64,000 bases of DNA from Octopus sinensis. Lineage: Eukaryota. Location: NCBI RefSeq assembly GCF_006345805.1, contig NC_043001.1:79670001-79734000 (forward strand), given 5' to 3'. Under the pieces are notes generated by a model, which was given only the letters and a program-made list of their open reading frames with translations, did no database searches and was not told the origin of the DNA. Shown here in pieces: positions 51,651 through 64,000 of this stretch; position 1 is the stretch's first letter; each line of letters starts with the position of its first letter. The position numbers and the translations under genes were made by a program.

Positions 51651-53464
51651 TCTGGTTACACTCTAGTAGTGTACAAGTTGCTAGTGCAGCTAGAGACACA
51701 CAGTCTAACAAGCAATACAAATGTAAAACTCAAAACGAATCTTTGCAAACACTGTATTGTTTCCTTTCATATTCTTCAATGGTTTCAGTAAAATCGTCCT
51801 ATCAGCGGAGTAATTTCATACAACCCAGAAGGATATGACCCCGTTTTTCTTAATAATAACTTTTGATTTGGTTCATTCTTTCCCTTCCCCTATTCATGAT
51901 AGTTTTCTTTCCCTGTCCATTGTCTATTTACTATTTTATCCCATCATTTATCCCATCATCAGCATGTGGTAGGATCTTACTGCTGGCAGTTACTAGGGAA
52001 TCTTTTCAGCTTCCTACTTGTCTTATCCCATAACTGAGTACAACACCGTTTTTTTTTCCCTATCATCTAAGCTACAAGCACTAATGTCCTTGAAAGACGG
52101 GTTCTGGGTCCTCCTCCAATTTTTGTTGCTACGTTCCTTGATTCTTTTAATCAATTTCTTTCTAACACTACTTTTCTAAATCTTCGAAGCTAAAAGCCTT
52201 GGCCGTTTCTTTCACTGTCTTCTATGTAACAAGCAATAAAATGCTTGAAAGAGGAGTTTTGGGGCCCTCTCCAAGTTTTGATGCTGTCAATCAATTTCCT
52301 TCAAACACAACTTTTCTAACTCATCGGAGCAGAAAGCCTTGACATAAATCATACTTTTGTATGTGTAGCGATCTGGTTTCCTGCTTTTCTTCACTGGGTG
52401 TGAGGTCCGATTAATTTTCTCTCGACATTTACACAGTCAGGTTTTGTTTTAGATTTTCATAGGTACCCAAGATGCATGTCCATATAGATGACATATTCTA
52501 ATATGAAACGAACTCTAAAATTATTTACAGCCCGTATATTTCCAAAAATGTGATGAGAAGTGTAGGATCAACAGCTGCAGAAATATTATCTTTGGGAGTG
52601 CCCATTGTCTCCCTTGTCTGGTGTCTCCTCATCTAATTCAGCAACATACCTACTTTGTCTATCATTTCACCTGCTACTTGATTTTAATGACCAAGCAAAA
52701 CTTTTATTTGTTTTACAGTAATCAATGTACGTCATACAATAGTTAATGCTTATTACGCTTTTATCCTTTAAGTCATATATACAAATCAATTCCGTTTTTC
52801 ATTTTCTTTTTCTTTTAAGAAGCAACGGAATGTCAACTTCATTACATCATTGAAATTCTCGGGAAAGGAACTACAGTTTCTTGAGACATTACTCTCTCAA
52901 ACTGTGAGTTCTTTCTGGTAACTAACCCATATACAAATTTTTCTTCTGGCGCGCGACTTTGTCCGATAAATTGGTGACGCGTATACTACATTGGTGACGT
53001 TGATACTACAATCGTTGTTGAAATTCTCATAATTATAATTGCCATTTGTTTCACTTAATGGTAAAATTCATTGTTTTTCCAAAATATCCATTTATGGAAT
53101 CGAAGTATTTTTTTCTATGTAATTTTCAATGTCTCATTATTTCCAATCATAACTGTCTCCTTGTTTAATTGTCATAAATGCTTTTCTTTGGTTATTCGAT
53201 AAAATGTCATTGTTTTTATAAAAATTTTATAAATTTTGTTCTAAATTGTTAGAGATGCAGTAAACAGTGTTTACATAATTACAAAATTTTAAGATGTGCA
53301 AGACAAGTCTTGTTTTCCACCTGAACTTAATGGGTCGAATGTCTCCATGTTTAACATCCCGTTATTAACTAAATTTCACAAACAAAAAGAAAGAAGGAAG
53401 AAAATTCCTTTACTCCAAGTAAAATCTTCTAAAATACTAATAAACCCGGAGGTCTTTTACGCAG

Positions 53465-53510
<46 letters not shown>

Positions 53511-53532
53511 AATAATAATAATAATAATAATC

Positions 53533-54900
53533 CTTTTTTATTGGCCACAAGGGCCGAACACAGAGACATATAGAGACAATACAAAAAACAAGGGACAAGT
53601 GGGATTTAAAAAAAAAAACCAGAAAACGTGTAAACTATAAAAACAAAAACAAAAAATACAATTAAGAGCAACAAAAATAAAACAACAAAATTCCCCCAAT
53701 AAGAGGGAGTTCCACTCAGGGCCAAACAGGCACCCCACACATCCTAGTTACTGCGACTACCAAAGGCATGCTGGGTAGGCACCCCTCTTCCCTATTACTG
53801 TTCCGGCTTGCAGGCGAATATTCAGGCGAGTCATTTTCGCAACATCCACCCACCTTTAACAAACTTATTACGGGACAGTACTCACCTCTCTACCCTCACC
53901 TGTTCACCGTTAAGGAAACGCTGGAGATGTCACAGCCTCAGCGCATGTCTGTGCATCATTATGCACGGCATTCCCAGTCCTCCACTCAGCGGCTATTGAT
54001 AACAGATGGACCGTCTGACAAGCGGAACACGTCCCTTCCATAGTAAGTGGAAGAGCAAGCGCTCTAACTTCATCAGTCACCCACTAACATTAAAAAGCGT
54101 GACGTCCCAAGGAAAACCTCCAGACGTCTGAAGAAATCTGGCTGCTCCACCCCCATGTGGCGTAAACAGCGACTAGTCTAAAGGCATCACCTTCACTGTC
54201 GCTCACGCCCAGGACCAACAACCTACCTTCTGGGTCTTCATGGCGCGGACGTTTGGCCTTCCCACGTCATGTGGGAAGTCCCTCAGAATTCCTTTGCATA
54301 CTATGAGGGCTAAGTGAATTAACATTAAATTATTCGGAACCCTAAGGATGCTGGTGTCGTATATTGTACCCTCTCTTTCCATTTGTTCGTTTTGGGCCAA
54401 CGAATTTTGTTCGCTCTCCTCACAAGCACATAATTTGGTGTTTCCGTTTTGGTGACTGTGACTATGAGCTTTCTTTCGGGGGCTACATGTGGTTATGGGT
54501 GCATTAGTGGATTTGGTTGGGGTGGTGGTGATGGTGGTGGGATGATGATCCTGGTGCTGTTTGTGCATTGTCTATATTCGTTGTGCTGGGGGTTTCTGTG
54601 TTTTCGGGTGTTAATGTAGGTTATTTTGTTTTCTGTTTCCATTCCCTTTTTTGTTTTATTTTTTACCTTGCGGGGTTCTTCGTTGTCTTCAGTACGGGAT
54701 GAATAGTGTCTAGTGTTTGTGTGGTCTGTCTCGAGGAATGTGAGTGTGCCTGTGATAGTGTGAACGTGCTTGTGTGAGTGTATGCTTGAGAGTGGGAATG
54801 AGGGGGCTGGTTTGACAGATACCCCCGCGTGGTTTTCCCCATTGAATAGGGCTCACGTGCCTCTGTTTTTTTTTTGTTATTGATGGGATGCTGCTGCAGT
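53533..54900 (-). mobile_element. Multiply deleted Tx1/L1-clade LINE derivative
   Basis: APE segment DPEGRLLVLGVSDSEGDAFRLVAVYA..DFFRRLEVFLGTSRFLMLVGD (54070-54240) joined to RVPLVRRSICYQ*PLSGGLGMP, then the C-terminal RVER*VLSRNKFVK..WVDVAKM, a 3' UTR with AATAAA and an (ATT)n tail. The 5' boundary and ORF1 part are uncertain. Confidence 0.8.
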
Positions 54901-54924
54901 TTCTGCTGTTGGCATTGTGGTGTA

Positions 54925-55170
54925 AGCTGTAGGTGTGGTCAGGTACAGATTCTGAGACACATTTGGCGAAACAATAGATCATCTCGTTTCGGGCTGTTCT
55001 GTACTGACACCAAATACAAAAATCGTCAGGATAGGATGGGGTAACATTTACATGGGAAAATATGTAAACACTGCAATATCGGCACTCCTGCTTACTGGTG
55101 TGAGCACAAACCTGAGCCAATTGTTGAAGGTAAAAATCTCATTATCCTCTCAGATTGAACGACCCAGTTC
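54925..55170 (+). mobile_element. R4/Dong zinc-knuckle fragment
   Basis: FGETIDHLVSGCSVLTP..YKNRQDRMG*HLHGKICKHCNIGTPAYWCEHKPEPIVEGKNLIIL. Confidence 0.8.
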
Positions 55171-55800
55171 TCTTACATGCATTTCTTTTTTATGTCAGAC
55201 CTAATACAATCTAAAGACAGTACAAATATTTAAAGATACGATATACTGTTATAAACCAATGAAAATATCACTTCGAAGCCTTGCTTAGTTGTAAATGGAA
55301 AACTGTTATACTTGACATCACTGTAAATGAATATCAGATGGTAACTAGATTTCATGCCGCATAAATAACGAGTTAGTGAGCCACGTGGCGGACTGCACAA
55401 CTCTACCGGTAGTTATACTTCATTGTACAAATGATACTACAGTTAATGTACTTTCAGTTGAATTACCGTTACATTTGCTGACGCATATGAGAACATTGAT
55501 CATAACATCAACGTAAAACAATGATTATTCATAAAGAAGCACTCATGAAGCGGGATTCTATTCAGACATTCTTTGTCTATGTGGAGAATATCCACTATCT
55601 GGATAGTAAGACATTTGTCGCTGAATCAAACCATTGGTGAGAAACTCCAGCACATATGAAATGAGTAATACTGATCATGATATGAGACAGACACTGAATA
55701 GAGTACAAGACTATTGTTGCATACACTCTGCTGCATGGCTCTGAAATCTGAACAAATTTATTGATGAGATCTATTTATTTAATGAAGCAAATTATATATA

Positions 55801-57380
55801 TGTATGATTCTGTGTTATATATATACACGCACATATATATATGTGTTGTGTGTGTATGCACGTGCATGTGTGTGTGTGTGTGTGCGCTCGAGTATGAATA
55901 TATATGAGTGTGTATATATATAGATATACATATACATAGATATATAGATATACATACTTGTGACTGGTATCACAACTCATCGGATAGGGAGATAACAGAG
56001 GCACGGTCCCGGTGTGATTTGTAGAGACGACAATGACGTTCATAGACACAAACGTGGCATTAAAAGTTAAAATTAGCGAACAGTTATCAGAATGAGGGGA
56101 CCATCACTACGCCTTCTCTCGCAACAAAAGCAGTGCTCGGTCTGCGACCGGATTTGTAGACACAAGATTACCTTCCAAAGCCACACAAGAACCTAGGGGG
56201 CAATCATTAGCGATCACCGAGAGACTGCTAGCGATTTCATCTACACGGACACAGTGTTAAACAGTAACAATGGCAACAAATCTTAACTATAAGACAACAT
56301 GCAATACTTTTAACGAGCTAAAAGATATAGAGATACATACAGCGTGCAAGAATGTGTTTGTGGAATACCTGGGAAGAGCTAGCCATATTGTGACAACGTG
56401 TCCAATTTTGGCAAGACAAGCAATAAATGCCAAGAACAGTTACCGAAAACTGTCACTGAATTGACTTGGTCCAAGTACCGTAGGAAACGCCTGTCTAAAT
56501 TGATAACAGCATTAAGAGTAAACGTTCCGATATTGTCATTAAAAGCTGTAGTGTAGGCGTTGTAAGAATGTCTTTTTTTATCAATACGTCAATCATTTTT
56601 GAGTAAACAGCATGGAACAAATAGTTACAAATCGAAACTAACATCATGATAGAATCATTAGGAAAAGTATATATACATATATACATATGTGGGGGTGCGT
56701 GCATGTGTATGTGTGTTTGTGCGTGTATGTGTGTGTGTTTAATTCTAATTGGCATCCTCTGGCAAACAATATTTTTTTAAGCGTGTGCCATTACTTGGCC
56801 AATGTACATATATTATAGGCAATTGTATCGACATAGCTGACAATATAATTCATTTCGAAAATCACGTCATACCCACACATATTAACGTACGTATACATAC
56901 ACACATATTGATATATGCGCACATAAATACATGCGTATATGCATATATAGATCACACTATTGCTTATATGTATTTTTTAACCTGCATTTCATCATTTATA
57001 CATACATACATACATATATATGTGTGTGTGTATGTATGTATGAATATATATATATGTGTGTATGTATGTAAGTATATATATATATATATATACACGTAAA
57101 TTCAGGCGTACACAAACACATATAGAGTTTAATACATTCTCCACACCACCACAGATGCATATCTTTTGATTTATTGCGATGGTGGAGATTACAATATTAC
57201 TTCTCCCTCTCCTCCATACCTGCAAGATGGGGAGGAGTCATCTAAGCCATCCAACTGTATGATTCTTTGCTTATATATATACACGCACATATATATGTGT
57301 TGTGTGTGTATGCACGTGCATGTGTGTGTGCTCGGGTATGAATATATATGAGTGTGTATATATATAGATATACATACATT
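55801..57380 (+). repeat. ~130 bp direct repeat (55801-55937 and 57257-57380)
   Basis: TGTATGATTCT..ACACGCACATATAT..GTATGCACGTGCATGTG..GCTCG(A/G)GTATGAATATATATGAGTGTG occurs twice, about 1.45 kb apart. Confidence 0.85.
56330..56670 (+). mobile_element. Heavily decayed R4/Dong-like fragment
   Basis: SHIVTTCPILA followed by DNSIKSKRSDIVIK, resembling HI.SGCP.LA and DR.IKANRPDIVI. Confidence 0.4.
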
Positions 57381-57419
57381 GATATATACATACATATATA
57401 TATATATATTTAATCCTAT

Positions 57420-57466
<47 letters not shown>

Positions 57467-57680
57467 CATATATATGTGTATGTATTCACTTAATACATAT
57501 GTATACATAAGAATATATGTATATATATGTATATATATGTGTATTATATAGGTGTACATGTGTGTGTTCGTTTCTCTGTATAGAGATGAACGCTCTTACA
57601 TACACATACACACGCATATATATATATATGTGTGTGTTGTCTATTTATGTATCATCTCTATATCTATCTATTTATTTATC

Positions 57681-57726
<46 letters not shown>

Positions 57727-57755
57727 GAGTGAGTGTGAGATAGATAGATAGGTAA

Positions 57756-57825
<70 letters not shown>

Positions 57826-58490
57826 GATAGATGCATATACATGCACATTCACACATACATGCATACATACACATACAGATATACATACATATACATATGC
57901 ACGCATACATACATGCTGCATACATAAACAACATACATACATACATACATTCATAGAAGAGGGCAGACATAGTTGCATTTGTCTGTGCGTCATAAAAGAC
58001 AATCAGCGGAATGGAGGACAGCGCAGCGTCGGGATCGTTTGAAATTACGTTCTTTAAGATGGGCGGTGGAAGCGGCGGCGGTCTGGTGTAGCGGAATGCC
58101 GCCAGTAAATCGGTGTAAGGTGGGGTGGAACAGGTGGCTAATCATGTCATAGAGATGGTAGATGGGGAAAGGTCCCACTGTTGGATGTACAAAAACTAGA
58201 GGTCATGGTAAGACAACCTCCCTAATGAAGCTTGTATAGTGGCAATGACTAATATATCGTATACGTGTGTATATATGTTCGTGTATAAGTGCTTGTGTAT
58301 GTGTGAAAATGTATTATATGTGTGCGTTTTGCTAATGTTGTTAGCGCGCATCTGTGTATTTTTGTGTAGTTGAATCCCTATTAATTATGCATGTATGTGA
58401 ATCATATTTCGTCGTATGTAAGCTTTGCTATCTATGTTTGTATAGATGTATGTATATGTGTATCCATCTGACCATGCAAAACACACATAC

Positions 58491-58554
<64 letters not shown>

Positions 58555-58571
58555 GTGTGTGTGTGTGTGTG

Positions 58572-58603
<32 letters not shown>

Positions 58604-58833
58604 CACACACACATATACACACACATATATATATGTATATATACAGATACTTATTTTTGGTGGAAGTTGTATGTTTTAGTGTCTCCTGTTATTGTTTACT
58701 AGCTGTGTGCGCATTGATCTCACATATAGACACATATATATATATACATACACGTACACATACATACTTACATACAGACCGACATACATGCATACTTGCA
58801 TGCACAGAGATAGATAGATAGATAGATAGACAT

Positions 58834-58951
<118 letters not shown>

Positions 58952-59580
58952 TGATTGATTGATTGATTGATTAATTGATTGATTGATTGATTGATAAGTG
59001 TATTATGAATGCATATATTTATGTATGGGAAAGAGGGGTAATTGTGCCTGCCAGTCTCTCCTCCCTCTTCGTCTCTTGTTCTCACTACACATGCACAGGC
59101 ACACACTCACTCATACACATACATACATACATATATTCGTACGTATGCATTAGTGTGTTGTGAAAATTTTAGCCTCCGGTCCAATGAACTTTAAACGGAT
59201 ATCTACACCATCTATGGAAATATTTCTGTAATTAGAAGTAAATTCACATAAACCAATTGTGAATCATTAAGTATTAGGAAGCGATGAATACCCTTATTTC
59301 AATTGCTTTAAATTTTGATTTTTAGAAACTTCTAACATTTTTTTATTCTGTATTATATCTTATGACTTTAAACCATTTCCAAGATGGTTTCCCGAGGAGG
59401 ATGCATAGAGCCTTCTACATAAAAGTGATCAGTGATGTGTAATCTCTGATTTGCAGGTGCCATGCATCATTGTGACAGGTTTTTCACAGGTGCAACGGTT
59501 TTTCAGAACATAGAAACGATTGTTTTACATCGTGGATTGTGATTAGTTGTTAAACTTGTAGTTTTATCAATACAAATAGT

Positions 59581-60800
59581 TATTTCACCTTCGGGCAAAA
59601 GGACTGACATTTTGTGGAAGGCTGTTGGTGGGGTTGTTTAATTGCATCGATCGCAGTGCACAACAGGGAGCTCTTTTATTGAGACCGGAAGGATGATATG
59701 CAAAATCGAAAAAGCCGAAAGAAATGTTGCTAGGCATTTAATCCGAGACCCTCTTAGCAATTTGCCAGCTCACCTAAATGGTTTTAAAATTTGGCACAAT
59801 GTCAGCAGTTTTAGAGCGTGGATATGTTGACTACATCGAACTCATGATTCAACTGGTTCTTATTTTATTATTTTATCGACATCGAAAAGATGAAATGGAA
59901 AGCTCACCTTGGCAGCATTTGAACTCTCTAGCTAGAAGAACTGCTACTTCTTAGCATTTTGTCCAGTGTGCTAATTATTCTGCCAGTTCACAACTGAAAA
60001 TATTCCTTTCTATTATAAGCATCATGCCTGAAATTTTGGGGATGGAAATGGTCGATTTCCTCGAAACCAGTGCTTGACTAATCGTCCTGAAAAAATTAAA
60101 GGCAAAATCAACTTCGGCAGAATTTGAATCCAGAGCTTAAAGACGCATAAATGCGGTTAATCATTTTCTCCGGCATGATAAAAACTCTGCGAGCTCGCTG
60201 CTTTTTTATCAATACAAATAATCTTTTCTACTCAAGGCACTAGGCCCGAAATTTTTGAGGAGGGGGCCAGTCGATTAGATCGACCCCAATTCGCAACCGG
60301 CACTCAATTTATCGACCTCGAAAGGATGAAAGGCAAAGTCGACCTCGGCGGAATTTGAACTCAGAACAGACGAAATACGGCTAATAATTTCGCTCGGCAT
60401 GCTAACATTTCTGCCAACTCACCGCCTTTTATCAATACAAATAATAATACAAAAGTGTCTCTTTCGCTTCATAAATTATGCTTCTTTCCATATTATATGT
60501 ATACCAGAAATATCTTTGAAATGAATGTTTTTTTTTAATCTTTATAAAAGTGTAAACGATCTAAGTCAGCTTCAGAATTTACATTTGATAAAATTTCATG
60601 TAAGGTGGTCAGCTGGTAGAATCGTTAGCACATAGGACAAAATACTTAGCGGCATTTTTTCCAGTTCTCACGTTCTGAATTCAAATCCCGTCGGGTTCCA
60701 CTTTGCCTTTCATCCATTCGAGGTCGATGAATTAAGGAACCAATTAAGTGCTGGAGTCCGATGTAATCGACTTGTCTTCTCCACTCAAAATAGCAAACCC
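59581..60800. mobile_element. Train of four minus-strand family B SINEs (59581-60426) plus one plus-strand copy (60601-60800)
   Basis: Four successive head motifs (TGCCAGCTCACC, TGCCAGTTCAC, TGCGAGCTCGC, TGCCAACTCACCGCC), each preceded by a core. Confidence 0.8.
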
Positions 60801-61084
60801 CCGAACACTTCAATATGTCTGCATCCATTACAGAGGAGACGTTGTAATCTCGGTCACTCACAGTCCAAGGGCTCAAGAGAAAAAAAGTATAGTAATTCGT
60901 GCAGCATTTTATTTCCAAATTATCAATGAACCCGGATCTTGGTTATTCTAAGAACGTGGGGTAATTCAATAGTTAAACAATTTTGAATGTATTATATCTA
61001 AAATTTAAATCATACGTTTTAAACCTAATGCGTTTTCCGCTTAACAATTTCTGTCTCCATTTTATCAATTATTCACTCCGTAGC

Positions 61085-61115
<31 letters not shown>

Positions 61116-61150
61116 CCTATCTATATCTTCTTCTTCTTCGTTGTCGTCAT

Positions 61151-61253
61151 CTTCTTCTTCTTCTTCTTCTTCTTCTTCTTCTTCTTCTTCTTCTTCTTCT
61201 TCTTCTTCTTCTTCTTCTTCTTCTTCTTCTTCTTCTTCTTCTTCTTCTTCTTC
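61151..61253. repeat. Pure (CTT/GAA)n tract
   Basis: Direct reading, about 100 bp uninterrupted. Confidence 0.97.
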
Positions 61254-61649
61254 TCTCCGTCTTTTTCTCTCGTGACAGTGATTTACACTTTTCATTTTCT
61301 TCAAAAGTCCATGCATTTGAAAGCAACAGCTTCTGAGAGTTGATTAATTTTATTTTCATGCAAAAACCAAAATTCTATTTTATTTGTATAAAAAATTAAT
61401 TGTATACGTGACGATTTTATCTCCATTTGTAAAATCCAGTTGTCTTCTTGTTCATACAAAATGTGGATTGTAAATGCCAACTCTTTTATAAATACATTTT
61501 TTTTTCTTCAACCTATTTTTCAATCCAGAAAAAAAAAAAGAAAACGTTTTCTTGAGTACAAACTTATAAACAGTTAGTTCAATTCTCTATACTACTTTAA
61601 TAGATTCAAAACTGCAGGAGGTCTATCGTTAATATTTCCATTCTATATC

Positions 61650-62015
61650 TGCAGGTTGTCGAGATAGCAAATTCGTTTGCACATCACACCAAATTTCTTG
61701 GCAGTATTTTTCCCCGCTAAGGCGAACTTTGTCTTTCGTCCATTATAAATTGGTAAAATAATAAAGTACCAGTCAAGTACTTGGGTCGATTTAATCAACT
61801 TGTTCCCTCTCCTCGGGATTATGTTGTAATATCTGTCACTTATACGCCATGGAAATTGGGTAGCCGACTTTATGTGTTCGTTTGTGTTGGGTAAAAAAAA
61901 CCCCGACAGAATAAGTACCAGACGTACAAAATATGCACTGGGGTCAATTTCTTTGTTCGACTAAAGCTGTTCAAATTGGTGTTCCAGCATGGCCAGAGTC
62001 CAGTGTTTGAACCAA
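61650..62015 (+). mobile_element. Decayed family B SINE followed by a family A 3' fragment
   Basis: AAGTACCAGTCAAGTACTTGGGTCGAT core, then CCGACAGAATAAGTACCAG..GTTCGACTAAA..TCCAGCATGGCC. Confidence 0.65.
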
Positions 62016-62387
62016 TTCAAAGACAAACATAAATCTTACAACAAATGTTTGAAAGCTTGAATTGACTCTTATTAGTCCTGAGAAAAACAGCATAAACACT
62101 TGTACCACCAACCCACCGAACACATGGAGGAACTGTCTTTTCATTGATTTCATATATAGCATCATCCAAAACAATTTCTAATCGATGAGTCAAACTGAGT
62201 CAAAGGCTGCCAAAATATAATGCCAGCAAAGTGAATTAATATTGAAGCAACGGCAGGTTTTCGTCAAAGGCTTGTATTCACTCTGTCAGAAAGAAATCCG
62301 ATCCAAATTTTCTTTAAATTATCTGTGTGAAACCTTTGCATCATTTAACGTTCGTCGTGACACATTATAAATATTTCTGCTGCTGCT

Positions 62388-62418
<31 letters not shown>

Positions 62419-62739
62419 TGCCACTTCTGCTGTTACTTTTTAATTCTACAAAATCAAGAATGATTGTCAGGGAACAATTATCTAATTCACATTTTCGAAA
62501 CATTACGAGCAGTAAAAAGTACAAAAAAAATAAAGAAATTAATGGAAGCTTGATCCCCAACATCATCATCATCGTCATCGTCATCGTCATCATCGTCATC
62601 ATCATCGTCATCATCGTCATCATCATCAATAATAATAATAGTGTGTACAGATAGAAAGTTCAAGAGCGGAGCAAAGGTAGAGAAATAGAGAAACAGAAAA
62701 CAGACATATAGACAGCCCGACAGACCGACAGACAGGCAG

Positions 62740-62799
62740 ATAGATAGATACACAAACAGATAGACAGGCAGGCAGAGAGAGACACGCAGTCACACAGAC

Positions 62800-62835
<36 letters not shown>

Positions 62836-62886
62836 GGATAAATAAATAGATAGATAGATAGACAGACAAACAGACAGACAAACTGT

Positions 62887-62946
<60 letters not shown>

Positions 62947-62971
62947 CAGATAGATAGACAGACAGATAGAC

Positions 62972-63052
<81 letters not shown>
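62740..63052. repeat. (GATA)n/(GACA)n array; similar arrays at 57738-57830 and 58806-58995
   Basis: Direct reading. Confidence 0.95.
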
Positions 63053-63053
<1 letters not shown>

Positions 63054-64000
63054 AGTTGTTCCTTTCCGCTAATTTTTTTGTGAAATTTTCATTTCTCGTT
63101 CATTCGATAATATGGTTTGTAGCGAGATTCACAAAAAGTGAATGCAAATAATTTTCCTAAATTTATTTTGATCTGAATTTGGAATTCTCCTTCATCCTTC
63201 ATGTTTGAAAACACTCGCTCTCTTTTTAGGAAGTTCCACATTAATTCAAAAATCATACTAGTTAATTCAATATCCTTTTCATTAACTTTATCAAAATTGG
63301 TGACGATAGTCTTTATTAATTTACTTTATTTACAACGTTTGTTTGAGATCTTGATTCAAAATGTGATTTTTTTTTTCTTTCGTGGGTAGCGAAATGGAGG
63401 TTGCTTAAGGTTTCTCTTGAATATGTATTCAGTGATATTGAATCGTCTTTTACTGTTCCGGAGAAAAGCGTAAAACTATTATTTTAAACTATGATGCACA
63501 TATTCCTTTTTAATATATTCCAACGGATTCGAACTTAAATATAATTTCTCCTTTCGGAAAAGTGCTCACATCTTACTCGAATTATTGAGCTAAAAGTTAC
63601 TCGTGACTCCAATATTGTGACTTGGTCGAATGTACACCGGATCAGGAATTTTTTTTCTTTTGTTTTGCAAAAATCAGTAAGATAATGATTTGCTGGTGCA
63701 TGTTGATAGCTACTAAGCCACTAAAAAAACCGTCACGTGCACTAAGAACAGCGAAAAACAAAGCAATAATACACGTATACATTCTGAATATGTTTCGGCA
63801 GATTCCAAAGCGTTATTTTGAACGCTAGCAGAAAACCTCCTGGGAGAGTATTTTGCTAGTCTCTAAATGTTTTTTCCGTGTGTAGTTCCTATTTTGTGTA
63901 ATTCTTTCTGATTGTAAACATGTAATTTTCTTTTGCATTTTTTATTAGACTAAGAATACTCAAACATCGAATAAATTTATAATACCTGCCACCCAAATAC

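Overview
AT-rich, repeat-saturated metazoan DNA, almost certainly from an octopod cephalopod (Octopus-type tRNA-derived SINEs recognised from memory, dense TA/CA/GATA/TAA microsatellites). I find no intact host protein-coding gene. Nearly all listed ORFs are microsatellite or SINE read-through. The window holds three SINE families (CORE-type with an internal microsatellite; Meta/MESC-core type, including a dimer; V-domain type) and four Tc1/mariner relics with TIRs (two rosa/DD41D-like, one Tc1 DD34E, one TRT DD37E). It also holds several MITEs and foldback palindromes, two Neptune-type Penelope relics, four R4/Dong fragments, an internally deleted Tx1-like LINE and CR1/RTE fragments. The most notable signals are: (1) several type I hammerhead-ribozyme motifs in short Penelope-terminus-like repeats, two with a long rod-like stem II (22305-22430 minus; 25317-25430 plus); (2) a Meta-core SINE tail matching the 3' end of the Tx1-like LINE; (3) a TRT transposase relic whose catalytic triad reads E-E37-D, with IR/DR termini; (4) inverted SINE pairs and a SINE train at a re-used target site. 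Family names come from motif recognition, not database searches, and boundaries of decayed repeats are approximate.
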